A DNA stretch of 64,000 bases from Thainema sp. (GCA_052168235.1 JBQLZK010000010.1:71074-135073); one strand, 5' to 3'; counted from the first letter of the stretch, positions 10,898 through 22,278 are shown. Numbers and translations: made by a program. Notes: a model not told the origin generated them from the letters alone.

Positions 10898-12322
10898 TTA
10901 TTCTTCCTCCGCAACCACTTCGGCTTCGGCTTCTACTACTTCGTTTGATGCGTCTGCGCTCTCGGCTTCATCGGTTTCTTCTTCAGCACTGAGAGTACCC
11001 TCTGGTACGAGCTCAACCGTCCAGCTTTCTTCTAACCAGGCCAGGATCTTCTCTTTGAGCAAATCTTCTTGAACCACTTCATTTAAGCGATCCAGATCAA
11101 TGTCCTTCCGCTGGCCAGCTGGAACTTCTTGGAGCATTTCCTCGGCCTTGGTCTTAATTTCGTCTTCCTCAACTTTGATGTCTTGCTGTTTGGCGACTTC
11201 ACCTAAGGCTAGTGTGCGCTGCAAACGATTGATGGCTTCCGGACGGGACTGCTCTCTCAAACGAGGCAGCATTTCATCATTAAACAGTTGTTTAACATCA
11301 ATGCCTTGCTGGCTCAACCGCACGGCTGTTTGAGACAGCATGTAGTTGACTTCCCGATCAATTAGCGTTTTGGGCAGGTCAACTTCGATGTGCTTGACGA
11401 GTTCATCGAGAACCGCCTTTTCCTTATTGCTGGCGGTTTTGCTCTCAGCCTCTTCTTTGTACTGTTTCTCCAGAGACTCTCTCAGCTCTTGCATAGTCTC
11501 GAACTCGCTCACTTCCTGAGCAAAATCATCGTCAAGTTCCGGCAGTTCCTTCTCTTTGAGTTCCTTGAGCATAATTGTGAAGACAACTGGCTTACCCGCC
11601 AGGTCTTCTTGAGCGTACTGCTCAGGGAATGTGACATTCACATCCTTTGTCTCGCCCGGCTTCATGCCGATGATGCCGCCGATGAAACCTTCGATGAAGC
11701 GGCCTTCTTCGAGTTCAAGCTGAAAATCTTCTGCACTACCGCCAGGAAATTCCTCGGGTTCAGCGTCAGCATTTTCAGGAACAATCTTGCCGACAAAATC
11801 AACGACGGCTGAATCGCCTTTCTGGGCTGCCCGATCTTCAACGGGAACGAGAGTGGCAAAACGGTTTTGGTACTCGCTTAATACTTCGTCCACGCGGGAA
11901 GCATCATACTGCACTTCCTCAGCCTGTACTGACAACCCCTCGTAGTCCTTGAGTGTAACCTCAGGCGGTACATCAACAGAGGCTGAAAAAGTGAGCGGCT
12001 GACCGGGTTTGAACTGCTCCATCAACTCTTCAAATGAGGAGCGCAGTTGATAATTCCCAATCGCATCTACGTCTTCTTGTTTGATCGCCTGTTCAATACC
12101 GTTTTGGATCAGCTCTTCGATTACTGATGCACTGATGCGAGTGGAGCCAAAACGCTGGATTAAAATATGCCGAGGGACCTTTCCACGACGGAACCCAGGA
12201 ATATTGGCCGATCGCATTAATTGCCCCAAAACCTTGTCGTAGGTTTTCTGAGACATTTCTGAAGGGATTTCGATCTCCAAGCCAACTCGGCTTTCGGGCA
12301 ATCTCTCCTGGGTGACTTTCAT
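10898..12322 (-). CDS. tig: Trigger factor
   Basis: Ribosome-binding signature IPGFRRGKVP, FKBP-like domain, tig-clpP-clpX order. Confidence 0.97.
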   Translation of the reverse strand: MKVTQERLPESRVGLEIEIPSEMSQKTYDKVLGQLMRSANIPGFRRGKVPRHILIQRFGSTRISASVIEELIQNGIEQAIKQEDVDAIGNYQLRSSFEELMEQFKPGQPLTFSASVDVPPEVTLKDYEGLSVQAEEVQYDASRVDEVLSEYQNRFATLVPVEDRAAQKGDSAVVDFVGKIVPENADAEPEEFPGGSAEDFQLELEEGRFIEGFIGGIIGMKPGETKDVNVTFPEQYAQEDLAGKPVVFTIMLKELKEKELPELDDDFAQEVSEFETMQELRESLEKQYKEEAESKTASNKEKAVLDELVKHIEVDLPKTLIDREVNYMLSQTAVRLSQQGIDVKQLFNDEMLPRLREQSRPEAINRLQRTLALGEVAKQQDIKVEEDEIKTKAEEMLQEVPAGQRKDIDLDRLNEVVQEDLLKEKILAWLEESWTVELVPEGTLSAEEETDEAESADASNEVVEAEAEVVAEEE

Positions 12323-13099
12323 ATGGTTCCTTGTAAACAGTGTGTCTGATCAGCGTTGATGCGGTAATTATGCGATCGCAGCAGAGCCTGAAGCCGAGCC
12401 ACTTTTGATAAACCGCAGTTGACTATGATAACTGAAATTTATCCGTGTCGTGTAATTGCTCAACCTGGTTTTAAGAATTGGGGCCACTGATCTGAATCAT
12501 TTACCCAATCTGTTTCATTCGTTGGGCAGAAGGTTGAGTATACTAGGCCAATAAAGCAGTATTCTTGAGAATAGCGAAAGAAACGTCCATATCGGTTGCT
12601 GCGGTTTCTGCTGTGTAGTGCGATCGCAGTAAGCCCAAGAAACCCTCAGCACTGAAGCTTGGCTACTGGATAATGAGTGGTTTCGCAGCTAAAATCATCC
12701 ATCATTATAAAATTTATCAATGAGGCTCCAGAAATCGTCTCTAAAGAAAAATCTTTCCGTATTCCCACAAACCACTACACCACATCGATCAAACTGATAA
12801 GTGACTTTTATAGTTCAGCTATACATTTTTATTTTTTATAATTACCTGTTGTGGTTGCCTTTAACTTAACTACAGTGGCCACACCAACAAGTACAGGGCA
12901 AATCAAGACAGATCACGTTAATCAAAGATCAAATGAATCACATAGATGCCTTGATGTGGATTATTTAAACTCAGTACTTAAAATTCGAATTCTATGAAAA
13001 ACTGACTACATCTAAAATCTAAAAATCAATTTTGGTCTACACCACTATTTAGTTTCAGAGATTCAAAGATCTATTGCATTGTGTTTAGGAGGAACAAAC

Positions 13100-14143
13100 T
13101 TGCCTCAATATCGAGTCGCTATTTTGGGTGCCACAGGTGCAGTTGGCACAGAGTTGCTGAATTTACTAGATCAACGACATTTTCCACTCGCTAATCTCAA
13201 GCTTTTAGCGTCTGAGCGGTCTGCGGGTCGCCCTTTAACGTTTCGCGGTGAGACCATTGTCGTAGAAGCGCTAAACAATCGTGCCTTTGATGATGTGGAC
13301 ATTGTCTTGGCCTCAGCAGGCGGATCTATTTCGAAAGAATGGTTGCCTAAAGCGGTCGCTGCCGGAGCGGTTGCGATCGATAATTCCAGCGCCTTTCGCA
13401 TGGATGAGTCAACTCCGCTAGTTGTGCCGGAAGTCAATCCTCAAGCCGCTGCCCAGCATCAGGGAATTATCGCCAATCCCAACTGCACAACGATTTTAAT
13501 GACGGTAGCGCTCTGGCCACTGCACCAGATTCAGCCAATCCAGCGGATCGTGGCATCGACCTACCAATCGGCAAGCGGGGCTGGGGCGCTAGCGATGGAA
13601 GAGGTCAAGCAGCAAGCCCAGCAGATTCTGAATGGTGAAACGCCTCAAACGAAGGCCTTTCCCTATCCATTGGCGTTCAATCTGTTCCCACACAATTCGC
13701 CGCTGAATGAGCAGGGTTATTGTCAAGAAGAGATGAAAATGGTAGACGAGACGCGCAAGATTTTCGGTGTTTCTGATCTGCGTGTTACCGCTACCTGCGT
13801 ACGGGTTCCCGTCCTACGGGCTCATTCAGAAGCGATTAATATGGAGTTTGGATCACCCTTTGATGTGCAAGCCGCAAAAGCGGCTTTAAGTGAAGCTCCC
13901 GGCGTCAAAGTGGTGGAAGACTGGCAAGCCAATTACTTCCCTATGCCTATGGAAGCCAGCGGCCAAGACGATGTTTTGGTTGGGCGCATCCGTCAGGATT
14001 TATCTAATCCAAATGCAATCGAACTCTGGCTTTGTGGGGATCAAATCCGCAAAGGCGCAGCCTTAAATGCAGTTCAAATTGCTGAATTATTAGTTGCTAA
14101 AAGCTGGCTAAAAGTTAATCAACCTGCACTCTCAGGATCGTAG
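13100..14143 (+). CDS. asd: Aspartate-semialdehyde dehydrogenase
   Basis: GATGAVG, DNSSAFRM, ANPNCTT and RKGAALNAVQIAE; an AGGAGG RBS just upstream points to TTG 13100 as the start. Confidence 0.96.
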   Translation: MPQYRVAILGATGAVGTELLNLLDQRHFPLANLKLLASERSAGRPLTFRGETIVVEALNNRAFDDVDIVLASAGGSISKEWLPKAVAAGAVAIDNSSAFRMDESTPLVVPEVNPQAAAQHQGIIANPNCTTILMTVALWPLHQIQPIQRIVASTYQSASGAGALAMEEVKQQAQQILNGETPQTKAFPYPLAFNLFPHNSPLNEQGYCQEEMKMVDETRKIFGVSDLRVTATCVRVPVLRAHSEAINMEFGSPFDVQAAKAALSEAPGVKVVEDWQANYFPMPMEASGQDDVLVGRIRQDLSNPNAIELWLCGDQIRKGAALNAVQIAELLVAKSWLKVNQPALSGS

Positions 14144-14236
14144 TTCCGTCATTAGCAACAGAAAAGCTTTGTAGAGTCAGGATTGATTAGTCTGATGTTA
14201 TTAGTTCGACATTAGCGGGAGAGGAGTGAAGAGAGT

Positions 14237-15157
14237 GTGACTGATTTTGGTCGTGTGCTAACGGCGATGATTACCCCTTTCAATCAAGATGGAGAGGTTG
14301 ATTATGCTGTGGCAGAAGAATTGGCAGATCATCTCGTCCAGCATGGTACAGATACGCTAGTTGTCTGTGGTACGACAGGAGAATCGCCAACTCTGACTTG
14401 GGAAGAGGAGTACGAACTGTTTCAGGTTGTGCAGGGTGCGATCGCAGGTCGAGGTAAGGTGATGGCCGGAACCGGATCAAACTCTACCCGAGAGGCGATT
14501 TCAGCCACTCAAAAAGCCGCTAAACTCGGTTTAGAAGGTTCATTACAGGTTGTTCCGTACTACAATAAGCCACCCCAGTCTGGTTTGTATGCGCATTTTA
14601 GTGCGATCGCACAGGCAAACCCGGATATCGCTATCATGTTGTATAACGTGCCGGGTCGTACCAGTCAGAACATTCTGCCCGAAACGGTTGCCCAGCTTGC
14701 TGAACTGCCAAACATTGTGGCGATCAAGGAAGCAAGTGGTAACCTGGAGCAGGCCAGTCAAATTCGGCGCGTGACTCCACCCAGCTTCTCCCTCTATTCT
14801 GGGGATGACTCGCTAACGCTGCCGCTGCTTGCGGTTGGTGGTAAGGGTGTTGTCAGCGTTGCTAGCCATCTGGTTGGAGACGAGCTGCAACAAATGGTAC
14901 AAGCCTTTAAAGCTGGGAATACTGAGACAGCAAAAGATATTCACTTAAAGCTCATGCCGCTATTCAAAGCGCTTTTCGTGACAACCAATCCCATTCCAGT
15001 TAAGGCAATGCTTCAACTTCAGGGATGGTCAGTTGGTTCACCGCGGTTGCCTTTGAACGCAGCGTCTGACGAGACTATCCAAACGTTACGTCAGGTGATG
15101 GATGAGCTGGGCTTATTCCACTCTCGAGCAGCCCAATCTGAAATAGTTGTCTCATAG
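14237..15157 (+). CDS. dapA: 4-hydroxy-tetrahydrodipicolinate synthase
   Basis: GTTGES, PYYNKP, YNVPGRT and IKEASG motifs; GAGGAG RBS. Confidence 0.97.
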   Translation: MTDFGRVLTAMITPFNQDGEVDYAVAEELADHLVQHGTDTLVVCGTTGESPTLTWEEEYELFQVVQGAIAGRGKVMAGTGSNSTREAISATQKAAKLGLEGSLQVVPYYNKPPQSGLYAHFSAIAQANPDIAIMLYNVPGRTSQNILPETVAQLAELPNIVAIKEASGNLEQASQIRRVTPPSFSLYSGDDSLTLPLLAVGGKGVVSVASHLVGDELQQMVQAFKAGNTETAKDIHLKLMPLFKALFVTTNPIPVKAMLQLQGWSVGSPRLPLNAASDETIQTLRQVMDELGLFHSRAAQSEIVVS

Positions 15158-15763
15158 AACTTTTGAACTTATAAAACCCTTGAATATGTTGTAAAACATA
15201 AGAGGCAACCATCGAAATCATCGAAGACAGTTTGAGTGACAGAAGACTTTTATTAGTAAAAGACAAACAGTACAAAGACGAAAGTAAAAGACAACGATAG
15301 AAATAAGTGCAAATTTAACTTTGCGATCGCGTCTTGATTCCTCAAAACAGCACCCTAAAAACAGCAGTAGAGGATGACGACGCACATTACAGGCTTCCTT
15401 TCACAACTGAATACTAAGCGGATAAAGGATATTTCCTATTCAGCCCCATGACCAAAACGGTGACAGCACAGATAGATGGTTATAGATGACTGAACTATCA
15501 GTACTTTGATTTGTTTTCGCATGAAACTTACACAAGAACCGTTGTGCGATCGCAGATATTGATAGCCAAAACTAACATCAAATTCTGAAGTTTGCTGTTT
15601 AGCCCATACGGAGCCGTAGATAACAGAACAGATTGGCTAATAAATCTCAATCAGCTTTAAATCGGCTTCAATTTAGGCTTACAAATCCTTTGGTCGCTGA
15701 ATCCTTCAATCCATAAGCTTTACGACTTTTCTTTTTGTTCAAATTTGACGTGTTGGAGTATAT

Positions 15764-17644
15764 ATGAGTCAAACTCAAGACCCGAATGCCCTCAAAGTAA
15801 TCCCTCTCGGTGGACTACACGAAATTGGTAAAAATACCTGCGTGTTCGAAATCAACGACGAGATCATGCTGCTCGATGCAGGTCTTGCCTTCCCAACAGA
15901 GGATATGCATGGGGTCAACATTGTTCTGCCAGATACGACCTATCTGCGCGAAAACCGCCACAAGATCAAAGGCATGATTGTGACCCACGGACACGAAGAT
16001 CACATTGGCGGTATTGCTTTTCATTTGAAGCAGTTTGATATTCCCGTTATTTATGGCCCTCGACTAGCAATGGCGCTTCTAGAGGGCAAGTTAGAAGAAG
16101 CAGGCGTTGCGAATTTGACCGAGTTGCGGACGGTCATGCCCCGCGATATGGTGCGGATCGGTAATTCATTCTTCGTTGAATTCATCCGCAACACCCACTC
16201 AATTGCCGACAGTTTTTCCGTCGCGATTCATACCCCGGTCGGGATTGTGATTCATACGGGCGACTTTAAGATTGACCACACTCCCGTAGATGGCGAGTTT
16301 TTCGACTTTCAGAGGCTGGCCGAATATGGCGAAAAAGGCGTTCTATGCCTAATCAGCGATTCAACGAATGCAGAAGTACCGGGATCTACCCCTTCAGAGC
16401 GTTCGGTATATCCCAACTTAGAGCGCATCTTTAGTCAGGCAAAGGGACGGCTGCTCGTCACGACCTTTGCTTCCTCGGTTCACCGAGTCAATATGATCCT
16501 GGATATTGCCGAAAAGCAAGGCCGTTCGGTCTTTGTGTTAGGACGCTCAATGCTGAACGTAATCGATCATGCGCGAAAGCTAGGCTACATCAAATGCAGC
16601 GATGAGCTATTCCAGCCCCTCAATTCCCTGCGTCAGTGCCCTGACGAGAAAGCGCTGATTTTGACTACAGGCTCACAGGGCGAACCATTGGCAGCATTAA
16701 CCCGTATCGCCAACGGTTCCCATCGTCAGATCCAGATCAAACAGGGCGACACAGTTGTCTTTTCGGCCAATCCTATTCCAGGCAACACCATCGCCGTCGT
16801 CAACACGATTGACAAGCTGATGATGAAGGGTGCCAATGTTGTCTATGGCAAGAATTTGGGGATTCACGTTTCTGGTCATGGTGCCCAAGAAGACCAAAAG
16901 CTGATGCTGGCACTGACTCGTCCAAAGCTGTTTTTACCTGTACACGGTGAACATCGTATGCTGGTTAAACATGCACAGACGGCTCAAAGCATGGGGGTTC
17001 CAGCCGAAAACATGGTGATTGTAAACAATGGCGATGTGGTTGAAATCACCGAAGAAACGATTCGCATTGGTGGACAGGTTCCATCCGGTATCGAACTCGT
17101 CGATTCCTCACGCACGGGCATGGTGGCCGATGACGTTCTGCGGCAGCGGCAGCGGATTGCCGAAGATGGTATTGTAACCGTCGCAGCAACCGTCAATGCC
17201 AGTGGCAAGCTAGCCGCCAACCCCTCGATCCATGTACACGGGGTGGCGCTAACAATGGAGCGATCGCAGTTTGAGCAGGATTTAACTGAGTTAGTTGGGT
17301 CTGCTTTGTCTAACCGCTGGTCAGATTTTGCTCAAGACTTTAACGATGGCGAAGGGCTAGAAATCAACTGGGAAGGTTTACGTAACCAGATCGAAACGGA
17401 GCTTTATCGCTTTATCAAGCGAGAACTTCGTAGCCGTCCATCTGTTGTTTTACTGATGCAGGCAGTAGAAGCGGCTGAAGCGACTGAAGCGGCTGAAACA
17501 AATGGCAAGGCCAAATCATCCACGGCTTCTACTCGGAAAAAGTCAACCCCTCGAGCTTCAGCACCGTCTCCAGCAGCACCCTCTACAGCAGAGCCGGAAG
17601 TGCAAAAGCGGACACGTCGCCGCTCAGCAGCCGTTGCCTCATAG
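15764..17644 (+). CDS. rnj: Ribonuclease J
   Basis: PLGGLHEIGKN, THGHEDHIGG, HTGDFK and HVSGH metallo-beta-lactamase/beta-CASP motifs; follows dapA. Confidence 0.96.
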   Translation: MSQTQDPNALKVIPLGGLHEIGKNTCVFEINDEIMLLDAGLAFPTEDMHGVNIVLPDTTYLRENRHKIKGMIVTHGHEDHIGGIAFHLKQFDIPVIYGPRLAMALLEGKLEEAGVANLTELRTVMPRDMVRIGNSFFVEFIRNTHSIADSFSVAIHTPVGIVIHTGDFKIDHTPVDGEFFDFQRLAEYGEKGVLCLISDSTNAEVPGSTPSERSVYPNLERIFSQAKGRLLVTTFASSVHRVNMILDIAEKQGRSVFVLGRSMLNVIDHARKLGYIKCSDELFQPLNSLRQCPDEKALILTTGSQGEPLAALTRIANGSHRQIQIKQGDTVVFSANPIPGNTIAVVNTIDKLMMKGANVVYGKNLGIHVSGHGAQEDQKLMLALTRPKLFLPVHGEHRMLVKHAQTAQSMGVPAENMVIVNNGDVVEITEETIRIGGQVPSGIELVDSSRTGMVADDVLRQRQRIAEDGIVTVAATVNASGKLAANPSIHVHGVALTMERSQFEQDLTELVGSALSNRWSDFAQDFNDGEGLEINWEGLRNQIETELYRFIKRELRSRPSVVLLMQAVEAAEATEAAETNGKAKSSTASTRKKSTPRASAPSPAAPSTAEPEVQKRTRRRSAAVAS

Positions 17645-17747
17645 AAGAAGTACGTGTGAGAGAGTCCCGCCTGCCGGACTTTCTCGCACATCCTAAAGAC
17701 GAATTTTCTTCCAAAACCTATTGATACAAAGTCAGGTTAAAAACCCG

Positions 17748-17804
17748 ATGATTTATCTTCTGCAAAAGCTTGGCTTGGCCAAGCTTTTGCAGAAGATAAA
17801 TCAT
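17748..17804. repeat. Perfect 27-bp inverted repeat with a 3-nt loop
   Basis: ATGATTTATCTTCTGCAAAAGCTTGGC-TTG-GCCAAGCTTTTGCAGAAGATAAATCAT. Confidence 0.9.
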
Positions 17805-18287
17805 TTTTATACCTACATCGGACATCAGTAGATTAAGCAGAATCTGCAATTGAGTGAAATTTGTAAAACATCCGTGAAGGGGAGTGAGCTGTGTTTCACT
17901 CCCCTTTTGGTTGGGCATCTTAGGTCTAGTGTTACAAGGCTTAACAAATTGTGGTTCAGCCAAAATTCAGTTTGTCGGACTGGGTGTAAGCAGTTGATTG
18001 GTTTTCTATTGCAAATGTCATGAAATTGCCATCTTAAAACCTAGCTAATGCAGTTCAAGCCCAAAACTCATGCAGTCTTTACCTAACACGGGTCATTTTT
18101 CTCCTAATTTCAAACTGCAATGGCTAAGGTGTCGGATATGGCTCTCCTGAAGTCTGTAGATCGAAATATAGCGGTTAGCACTTAGATAGGATCTGGAATT
18201 TCTTGGGTAACCTGTTCCTGGTACAAAAGATTCCGGCCTGCTTGCTAGAGCTATCAATCTATCTAACCCATAACTAGGACTAGCAAA

Positions 18288-18665
18288 ATGAATGAATCCA
18301 ATAGCATGGTGCAAAATCTCGCCCTTTCAAGCTGGGTCTGGATACGCTCTGGTAATCACCGTGCAAATCCTGAAACTGGTCATCAGGTTAATCAAAGAAT
18401 GCATCAAACTGATTTACTGTCTCCTATCCGCCGCTGGCTTGATCAGGTGCAAGTCAAAAATCCTCAGCTTGCTCATCGAATTTGTCAGCTTGTCCCGGCT
18501 CAATGCCCGTTTGAGCGAGATATCGTTCTATTTGGACGCCAGCTCGCGCATATTCCTCCCCTCTGCAAGCTCAATCCACTGTATGAAGAAGTGGTTGGTC
18601 TGCGCTTTCGGGCGCTCTGCTATCTGGCCGATGAGTGTGGCGAGGATATTACGCAGTACTGCTAA
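18288..18665 (+). CDS. Small cyanobacterial protein with a 'Mo-dependent nitrogenase C-terminal' domain (start uncertain)
   Basis: ICQLVPAQCPFERDI...HIPPLCKLNPLYEEVVGLRFRALCYLADECGEDITQYC. Confidence 0.85.
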   Translation: MNESNSMVQNLALSSWVWIRSGNHRANPETGHQVNQRMHQTDLLSPIRRWLDQVQVKNPQLAHRICQLVPAQCPFERDIVLFGRQLAHIPPLCKLNPLYEEVVGLRFRALCYLADECGEDITQYC

Positions 18666-18817
18666 ACGTCAACAGAACCAAGCTGAGAGCAAAATACCGT
18701 TGCCCATTAATATCGCTACCGATACAAATGCAAGGGGGCAAACAGGGACAAGGGAGCAGGAGAGCAACGGAGCTTTTTGGGACTACTGTTCAAACGCTCA
18801 ACACTCAGTTAACCCAA

Positions 18818-20347
18818 TTAATAGATTGAATCGCGAATTGATGCTGTAGGATTCCTCGCAGGACCATCTCTCAACTCATCAAAATCGCCGTCGAAATTGC
18901 TAGTAGCGTTGTCTTCAGCGTAATTACCGCTCATCGATTGACCCAGTTCTTGACGTAGACGCTCCAGAATCGAATCAGCATCAACCTGCCGCAGAATGTC
19001 TTGAATCACCGTATTCGCGCCTTGTGGCCCCCAGGTACAGCCTTGCTCCAGATAGGCTTGAGCCGCGCGCCCCACCGCATACGTTCCATAGCCGGATGCT
19101 CCAGCCTGCAGCGCCATCGTGCCCGCTACGGTAAATAAGCTGGCCGGATTTTCAAACGCACTAAAGATCGACGCCGTTTTCGACGCGCCCATTAAAATGC
19201 CACTGCCTACTTCACTCGCGAGCTGACCGCCAGAGCTTTTCAAGATAGTCCGCCACAGCTTACCCGCTTCGTAACCCGTCATCGGCAAACCATAAAGCCG
19301 AGACAGCGCCCGAATCAGCAACAAATCTGCGATCGCACCTCCAGCGAGGTCAAATAATGCGATGGGATTCACTGCGATCGCAATTGCTTTGTACCTGGCG
19401 TATTTCCAGATTAGGGCTTCCGCTTCGGTTTGCCGCAGGTCGGTGATGCGCTGAGCAATCCGAACTTCCAGCAGGCTGGACTGTCGCAGTGCATTCAAGG
19501 CCAGTAGCGATCGGCCTTCTGTTTGAATAATTTGGGTGAGCTTCTGCCGCAGCTCATCAATTTGCGGCGGTGGCGTTTCCCACTCCTGCGTAACTCGGCC
19601 ATCGGGCCACTCCACTCGGACTTCCATGCCCACCGGATCGGCGGCAACCATAACAATATCGTCTGGGGTGGAAATGGGGGCGGAATTTTCTTCTTCCAGA
19701 AGCTGTTGACCTAACGTTTTCAGCTTTTGGAAAATCGTTTGTCGATCCTGATCGGGGTACAGATCGGTTTTATTGAACACTAGCAAGATCGGCTTGTGCT
19801 CTCGCCACAGCTGCTGTAGCGCTCGATATTCCGTGCGGGTAATGTCGCCAGCGACTACAAATAGAATCAGATCCGATTGTCGCGCAATCGACTCGGCCAT
19901 CTGCCCCCGCTCTTCGCCTTCGATTTCGTCTAAGCCAGGGGTGTCAATCAGTTCCACTTGAAACGCTGCGTTGGGCTGTCCCGCATCCGGTGACCAGTAG
20001 ACCGAGCGAGGCCATTGCGTAATACCGTGGGTTGGCCCCGTTTGGAACACGTCCTGGCCCATCAGCGCATTTAGCACTGCCGATTTGCCGCGACTGACCA
20101 AGCCAAACACCGCAATCCGCAGCAGAGTTTGATTGAGCTTGCTCGACAGCCCTGAAAGCTGATCCAGATCGGCTTTGATTGCCGCCAGATTGCGGCTGTC
20201 GAACGTTTGTCGCTCAATTTCTTGCAAAATTGCAGCATTGCGAGCAACAGCTTGCCGAATACTCGCCTGCGCCCGCTGCAAATGGGCTTCTTGCAGCGGG
20301 CGCTTGAGCGAATTCATCGATTGTAGAGGCTGGCTATCCTTGGGCAT
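18818..20347 (-). CDS. GTP-binding protein with a C-terminal DUF697/YcjF-like domain
   Basis: G1 GLVSRGKS, G3 DTPG, G4 NKTD; NPIALFDL in the C-terminal domain. Confidence 0.88.
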   Translation of the reverse strand: MPKDSQPLQSMNSLKRPLQEAHLQRAQASIRQAVARNAAILQEIERQTFDSRNLAAIKADLDQLSGLSSKLNQTLLRIAVFGLVSRGKSAVLNALMGQDVFQTGPTHGITQWPRSVYWSPDAGQPNAAFQVELIDTPGLDEIEGEERGQMAESIARQSDLILFVVAGDITRTEYRALQQLWREHKPILLVFNKTDLYPDQDRQTIFQKLKTLGQQLLEEENSAPISTPDDIVMVAADPVGMEVRVEWPDGRVTQEWETPPPQIDELRQKLTQIIQTEGRSLLALNALRQSSLLEVRIAQRITDLRQTEAEALIWKYARYKAIAIAVNPIALFDLAGGAIADLLLIRALSRLYGLPMTGYEAGKLWRTILKSSGGQLASEVGSGILMGASKTASIFSAFENPASLFTVAGTMALQAGASGYGTYAVGRAAQAYLEQGCTWGPQGANTVIQDILRQVDADSILERLRQELGQSMSGNYAEDNATSNFDGDFDELRDGPARNPTASIRDSIY

Positions 20348-21915
20348 TAGGATGCAAGATTAGCGGTCGATAGATTAGACGGGTCTTCACTGGCGGCATC
20401 GGCTGTCGTGAGGCGCTGGATACCTTTCTGGACAAGGGCTTGTACCCAAGCACCCTGCTGCATCTGCTGGAATGTAGCCTGGAGTTTCTGCGTAATTTGC
20501 TCAACCGACGGGATCGAGGCTTCAGATTGAGCCGCTGCATTCAGGCTCTGCTCTTCAAAGAACTCAATTAGACTCAGTCCAGCCAACCGAGTCAAATAAG
20601 CGGCACTCAAGCCCTGAATCATGCCGCCAGCCACATAGGTGAGGGTGTGACCTTTGAGTACTAGGCCCATCAGCATGTTGGTAGAGAGTTCTACTAAGCC
20701 CAGCTTGACGGTTTGAGTCGCTAGCGTAGTTGCGATCGCTTTTGCCTGAGCGAGGGAGAAACGCTGGCCGTAAATCTGGCCCACTTCCACAATCATCTGC
20801 GTGCTCACAGCGGCAGTCGCGAGCAAATCTAAACTCGGTAAAGGATTGGCGAAGGCTGCGCCAGCAGACACCCACTGATACTGTTCCAAAATCGGCATGG
20901 CGCGATCGCGGCGGAGCGCATTGATCTGCTGCTGCGCGACACGCTGTAATGCCTGGGCCTGCCGCCAAACTGTGCCATAGACGAGGGACTGCTGATCCTG
21001 CTGGACAATCTGCTGGAGTTGCTCAACCAGTGACTGCATCACGGGTTCCGGCTGCTCTAGCGATTCCTCAATCTGGCCGTCTTCCTGATGGCGCTTCACC
21101 TTAATCGGACGCGGATCGGCAGCAATGCCCATGATGTCGCTGTGGGCAACCAAGTCTTGCAGACGAGCTTGAATTTGCTGGAGGACGCGGGTGCGATCGC
21201 TCGGCGTGTACTGATCTTGTTTGTTGAACGCCAACACAACGCGATGACGCAGAGACAAGAGCTGACGAATTCTCTGAAAATCGGAATCCGTCAAATCGCT
21301 ATCGACCACGACGACCATTAAATCACTGGATTGCACTAGCGGCTCAGTCGCAAGCTGCTGTAGGTCTGCCAAATTGGTGTAAACGCCACTATCTAGTTCC
21401 AGCCAAGTCCCTGAGGCAGCTGAATCCGATGAATTAACTAGATCCGTGCAGTGCTGAATCAGACTGGTTTTGCCCGTGAGCGTGTTACCAGCGACTGTGA
21501 TCTGGAGGGACGTGCGATCGCAACTTTCTTTCAAAGCTTCTAACTGCTGCCGCAGAGCCTGTACCTGCGGAAAATCCGGCTGCGGTGATGGCTCGGATTC
21601 AGTATGGGATTCTGCCGTATCTTCCGCTAGCTTCACAGTTCCAGCCAGTTCAGCCTGAAGCGCAGCAATCCGACTTTCGGTCTGCTGAAACGCCTGCTGG
21701 AGCTCTTCGGGCGTTACCGGACGAGTGGGAATCTTTAGCTCAACAGACGATTGGGAACGCAATTTACGCAGCCACCAAACCCCAGAGCCAACTGCGATCG
21801 CACCTAGAACCAAACTGCCATCAATCTCGCCGAGTGAGTGCTGTAAGCCGTTCAGCGCTAACAGCCCAAAGGACAGGCCAAGGCCGCCAACTAAAATCGG
21901 TCGCTCTAGCTTCAT
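20347..21915 (-). CDS. DUF697/YcjF-like protein with a partly degenerate GTPase domain and N-terminal TM helices
   Basis: GNTLTGKT and NKQD present but no DTPG; NPLPSLDLLATAA; stop overlaps the next start (TAATG). Confidence 0.82.
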   Translation of the reverse strand: MKLERPILVGGLGLSFGLLALNGLQHSLGEIDGSLVLGAIAVGSGVWWLRKLRSQSSVELKIPTRPVTPEELQQAFQQTESRIAALQAELAGTVKLAEDTAESHTESEPSPQPDFPQVQALRQQLEALKESCDRTSLQITVAGNTLTGKTSLIQHCTDLVNSSDSAASGTWLELDSGVYTNLADLQQLATEPLVQSSDLMVVVVDSDLTDSDFQRIRQLLSLRHRVVLAFNKQDQYTPSDRTRVLQQIQARLQDLVAHSDIMGIAADPRPIKVKRHQEDGQIEESLEQPEPVMQSLVEQLQQIVQQDQQSLVYGTVWRQAQALQRVAQQQINALRRDRAMPILEQYQWVSAGAAFANPLPSLDLLATAAVSTQMIVEVGQIYGQRFSLAQAKAIATTLATQTVKLGLVELSTNMLMGLVLKGHTLTYVAGGMIQGLSAAYLTRLAGLSLIEFFEEQSLNAAAQSEASIPSVEQITQKLQATFQQMQQGAWVQALVQKGIQRLTTADAASEDPSNLSTANLAS

Positions 21916-22237
21916 TCCCCTTAATCCCTATTTCAATCGCCTGTGAATCGCCATCTATCGCCCATGCACTGCCATCAATAGATTAACGGCTATCTAGCTC
22001 AAAGTAATGCCTCAAACCTATTGATATGGCTTAGCTATAACCATATTCTATCGGTTTTGCCTGAACGATATCCTAATCGACTGCCACTTAAACGTTAGCT
22101 CTCATAAAACGTATCACTTCGAGCTTCCCATTCTGCAAGCGCTCAAAAAGAGGCGATTGCTGATTTTAAATATGAATTGTGATGTGAGGGCAGTGCCCCC
22201 ACATCACAATTCATAGCCAGATTAAACAACGCCAAAA

Positions 22238-22278
22238 AGAGAAGGCATCGCAAACTGTTGTTTGCGATGCCTTCTCTA
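22238..22278. terminator. Hairpin immediately downstream of tRNA-fMet
   Basis: AGAGAAGGCATCGCAAAC...GTTTGCGATGCCTTCTCT, followed by a T-run on the minus strand; a second long hairpin lies at 22171-22215. Confidence 0.7.

Noticed and set aside
18288..18665. Nitrogen fixation gene
   Set aside because: The domain name is misleading; this small family is not a nitrogenase subunit and no nif genes are present
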